Shown here: piece by piece, positions 44,360-46,208 of the stretch
Layout of the letters: each line of letters begins with the position of its first letter
How positions within the stretch are numbered: position 1 is the first letter of the stretch
Origin: a virus
Taxonomy: Duplodnaviria; Caudoviricetes
Strand: one strand, 5' to 3'
Length of the DNA stretch: 46,208 bases
IMG/VR virus record: IMGVR_UViG_3300031949_000069
Location: 1 to 46,208 of that record
The notes under the pieces: generated by a model
What the model was told of the DNA's origin: nothing
Seen by the model: the letters and a program-made list of their open reading frames with translations, nothing else
The model's database searches: none
Position numbers and translations under genes: made by a program

Positions 44360-44633
44360 CCCGGCGTCGCCGCCAGGAAGCGGCCAGCGCCATCACCGCC
44401 GCGACCGGGCCCGGGAGGCGATAGCGCAGCCTGTCTCCGGGCCCGCCCTCGCGCTCGAGCGGGAAGATCCTGACCAGGACCTCCAGGTCGCGCATGATCG
44501 TGCGCCGGTGCGGCCTGGGCAGCGGGATCCGGCGGCGCAGCTGGTCGACCGTCGCCCAGTCGCCATCGGACAGGGCCGTCAGCACGCGCCACTGCCGGCC
44601 GACCTGGGAGCCGCGCCGGCTACGGCGGATCAT
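44337..44633 (-). CDS. Winged-HTH protein
   Basis: RQWRVLTAL...TVDQL...RRTIMRDLEVL...YRL. Confidence 0.7.
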   Translation of the reverse strand: MIRRSRRGSQVGRQWRVLTALSDGDWATVDQLRRRIPLPRPHRRTIMRDLEVLVRIFPLEREGGPGDRLRYRLPGPVAAVMALAASWRRRRATTSGRT

Positions 44634-44794
44634 TTCTTCCCCCGGGCCCGCGCCCGAGGAGCGGGCGCCGGCTCAAGATACCGGCTCATCACATAGCGGA
44701 TGAGCCCCGCCACGGTACGCCGCTCCGAGTCCGCCCGGCGCTTCCAGCCCTGGTACTCGCTCTCATCTACTCTGATCAGTACCTGCCTGCTCAT
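44630..44794 (-). CDS. Ribbon-helix-helix DNA-binding protein
   Basis: MSRQVLIRVDESEY..WKRRADSERRTVAGLIR; GGAGGAG RBS. Confidence 0.7.
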   Translation of the reverse strand: MSRQVLIRVDESEYQGWKRRADSERRTVAGLIRYVMSRYLEPAPAPRARARGKK

Positions 44795-45273
44795 TACTCC
44801 TCCGTCATCATCAGATACGTCCAGGCGATGCACCTGGACCAGTCCCCAGTCCAGCCAGTGACCTGGGGGTCCATGGCCAGACCGATGTCGAGCAGATCCG
44901 CACACCACGGCGTCACCGGCTGCCGGTCCGGATTGGTTGCCACAGGCAGCCTGGCGCCGGCCAGCTCGTGGAGGGACCTCCAGAGGGCCGCCCCGCAGCG
45001 ACTATGCCCCGCGATACCCACGTGCAGCACGGGAACGCGCTCGCCGGTCGTGTCTGGGAGGATGCGCCACAGGGTCACCATGGCGCAGCGTCCCGTGGAG
45101 CCGCCCGTCATCGTATATCCGGGCTGCCCCGGGACGGGGGCATGCTCGCCCCGGAGAGCCAAATCGAGCAGGGGGCGCAGAATGCGGATGGTCTCCGCTG
45201 CGACCTCGGAGCGCGGGGATCGTCGCCGATCCCCGCTGGTGAGCGTGACGTGCCACAGGTAGCGCTCACTCAT
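44794..45273 (-). CDS. Hypothetical protein
   Basis: GAGGAG RBS before MSERYLWHVTL; could start at 45357. Confidence 0.65.
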   Translation of the reverse strand: MSERYLWHVTLTSGDRRRSPRSEVAAETIRILRPLLDLALRGEHAPVPGQPGYTMTGGSTGRCAMVTLWRILPDTTGERVPVLHVGIAGHSRCGAALWRSLHELAGARLPVATNPDRQPVTPWCADLLDIGLAMDPQVTGWTGDWSRCIAWTYLMMTEE

Positions 45274-45353
45274 CGGCGCGCTCCTCGATTTCGGCGCAAT
45301 AGCCCCTCGGAGCCTCTTGCGCCGCCCTCTCGGCTTCGGCTCGGTCGGAGCCG

Positions 45354-45740
45354 TCATACAGGATGACGCCGGTCCGACGTCTCCAGGAGCCTGCGGGGAT
45401 TCATCCCGAGTCCCGGCACGCCGTCATTTGCCGGCTTGCCCAGGATGAGCCGGATCCGCTCCGTCGCCTCGCCCCGGGCAACCTGGAGGATCGGGCGCAA
45501 CAGGGCCTCGAGCTCCACCGGCGATACGGGCCCGGCTGCCCGGTGAACGCAGTCCAGGGTTTCGTACAGCGCCGCCAGGGTCGGCAGGCCCAGGGATGCG
45601 GCATGTCTGGCCTCGATGCGGCACAGGTCGGGCTCCGGGCAGGTATTGTGATCCTGGCGCCAGGCGGTGAGCAGGTCAGGGATTGGGGAAACCGGCGCCG
45701 TCCGGACGATGCTGCTGCGCTTGGTAGCTCTGATCTCCAT
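45354..45740 (-). CDS. Hypothetical protein
   Basis: GAGGAGGAG RBS before MEIRATK. Confidence 0.6.
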   Translation of the reverse strand: MEIRATKRSSIVRTAPVSPIPDLLTAWRQDHNTCPEPDLCRIEARHAASLGLPTLAALYETLDCVHRAAGPVSPVELEALLRPILQVARGEATERIRLILGKPANDGVPGLGMNPRRLLETSDRRHPV

Positions 45741-45804
45741 CGTACTCCTCCTCGCGGTCTCCAGCCGCATCCTGGTTGATTCCAGGTGCCGCCCCCGGAT
45801 CGGG

Positions 45805-45993
45805 TCATGTGTATATCACGATCCAGTCCTCACCGATGAGCAGCTCGACATGGCCCACGTATCCGTGTCGCGGAATGTCGGCAGCATCACAAGCCGCTCG
45901 GATGTCGGGCCCATCGTAGAGGATGATCCCCGCGCGATCCAGGCATCTGCAGTCCGGATACTGACAAGACTCGATAGCTCTATATCGTTTCAC
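45805..45993 (-). CDS. Small hypothetical protein
   Basis: GTG start with GGAGG and a GTGA overlap with the upstream stop. Confidence 0.55.
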   Translation of the reverse strand: MKRYRAIESCQYPDCRCLDRAGIILYDGPDIRAACDAADIPRHGYVGHVELLIGEDWIVIYT

Positions 45994-46208
45994 AAGACCT
46001 CCGTGGTTCGGGTGCCGGGGAACCGAGGCTCCTCGGCGCATCGCAGGCCGCTGTCGCCGCTATGCATGATATCTATCCTCATGCCGCGGAACGCCTTTAC
46101 GTCCGCGATGATGTCGATAGTGTCCCGTAACCTATCGAATTTGGCCCCGGCCTCGAGTAGTAGTTCCTGGGCCGGAATGGTTACTCTTCCATAGAATTTC
46201 CTCTTCAT
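45955..46208. repeat. Terminal direct repeat, copy 2
   Basis: Matches 1-254 with one mismatch. Confidence 0.97.

Overview
The window is an essentially complete, circularly assembled temperate siphovirus-like genome of about 45,954 bp. Positions 1-254 recur at 45955-46208 with one mismatch. Layout: (1) a leftward lysogeny block (XRE repressor, frameshifted membrane/zinc-ribbon gene, secreted FN3 protein, BRCT protein); (2) a divergent cro-led early operon (gp3-like recombination protein, RusA-like resolvase, metallopeptidase, ParB-like protein, xis, tyrosine integrase, HNH endonuclease); (3) an attP core equal to the 3' half of tRNA-Arg(CCG), followed by a replication initiator; (4) lambda-type packaging and head genes, then a non-contractile tail with a -1 frameshifted chaperone, an inserted fibre/beta-helix cassette and a 2368-aa tail tip; (5) a lysis cassette and a small leftward operon. 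The main result is a compact ~404-aa TnpB/Cas12f-like protein (9447-10661) that appears nuclease-dead. It is directly followed by a 3-repeat/2-spacer CRISPR mini-array (10779-10959), whose first spacer matches this phage's own structural gene 37/37 nt at 29941-29977. This is a candidate RNA-guided repression or inter-phage competition system. The second result is a signal-peptide protein in the repressor block (1282-1746) that is a free-standing paralog of one FN3 domain of the phage's own tail tip, a candidate decoy-type superinfection exclusion factor. All family assignments are by-eye motif recognition; no database searches were run.
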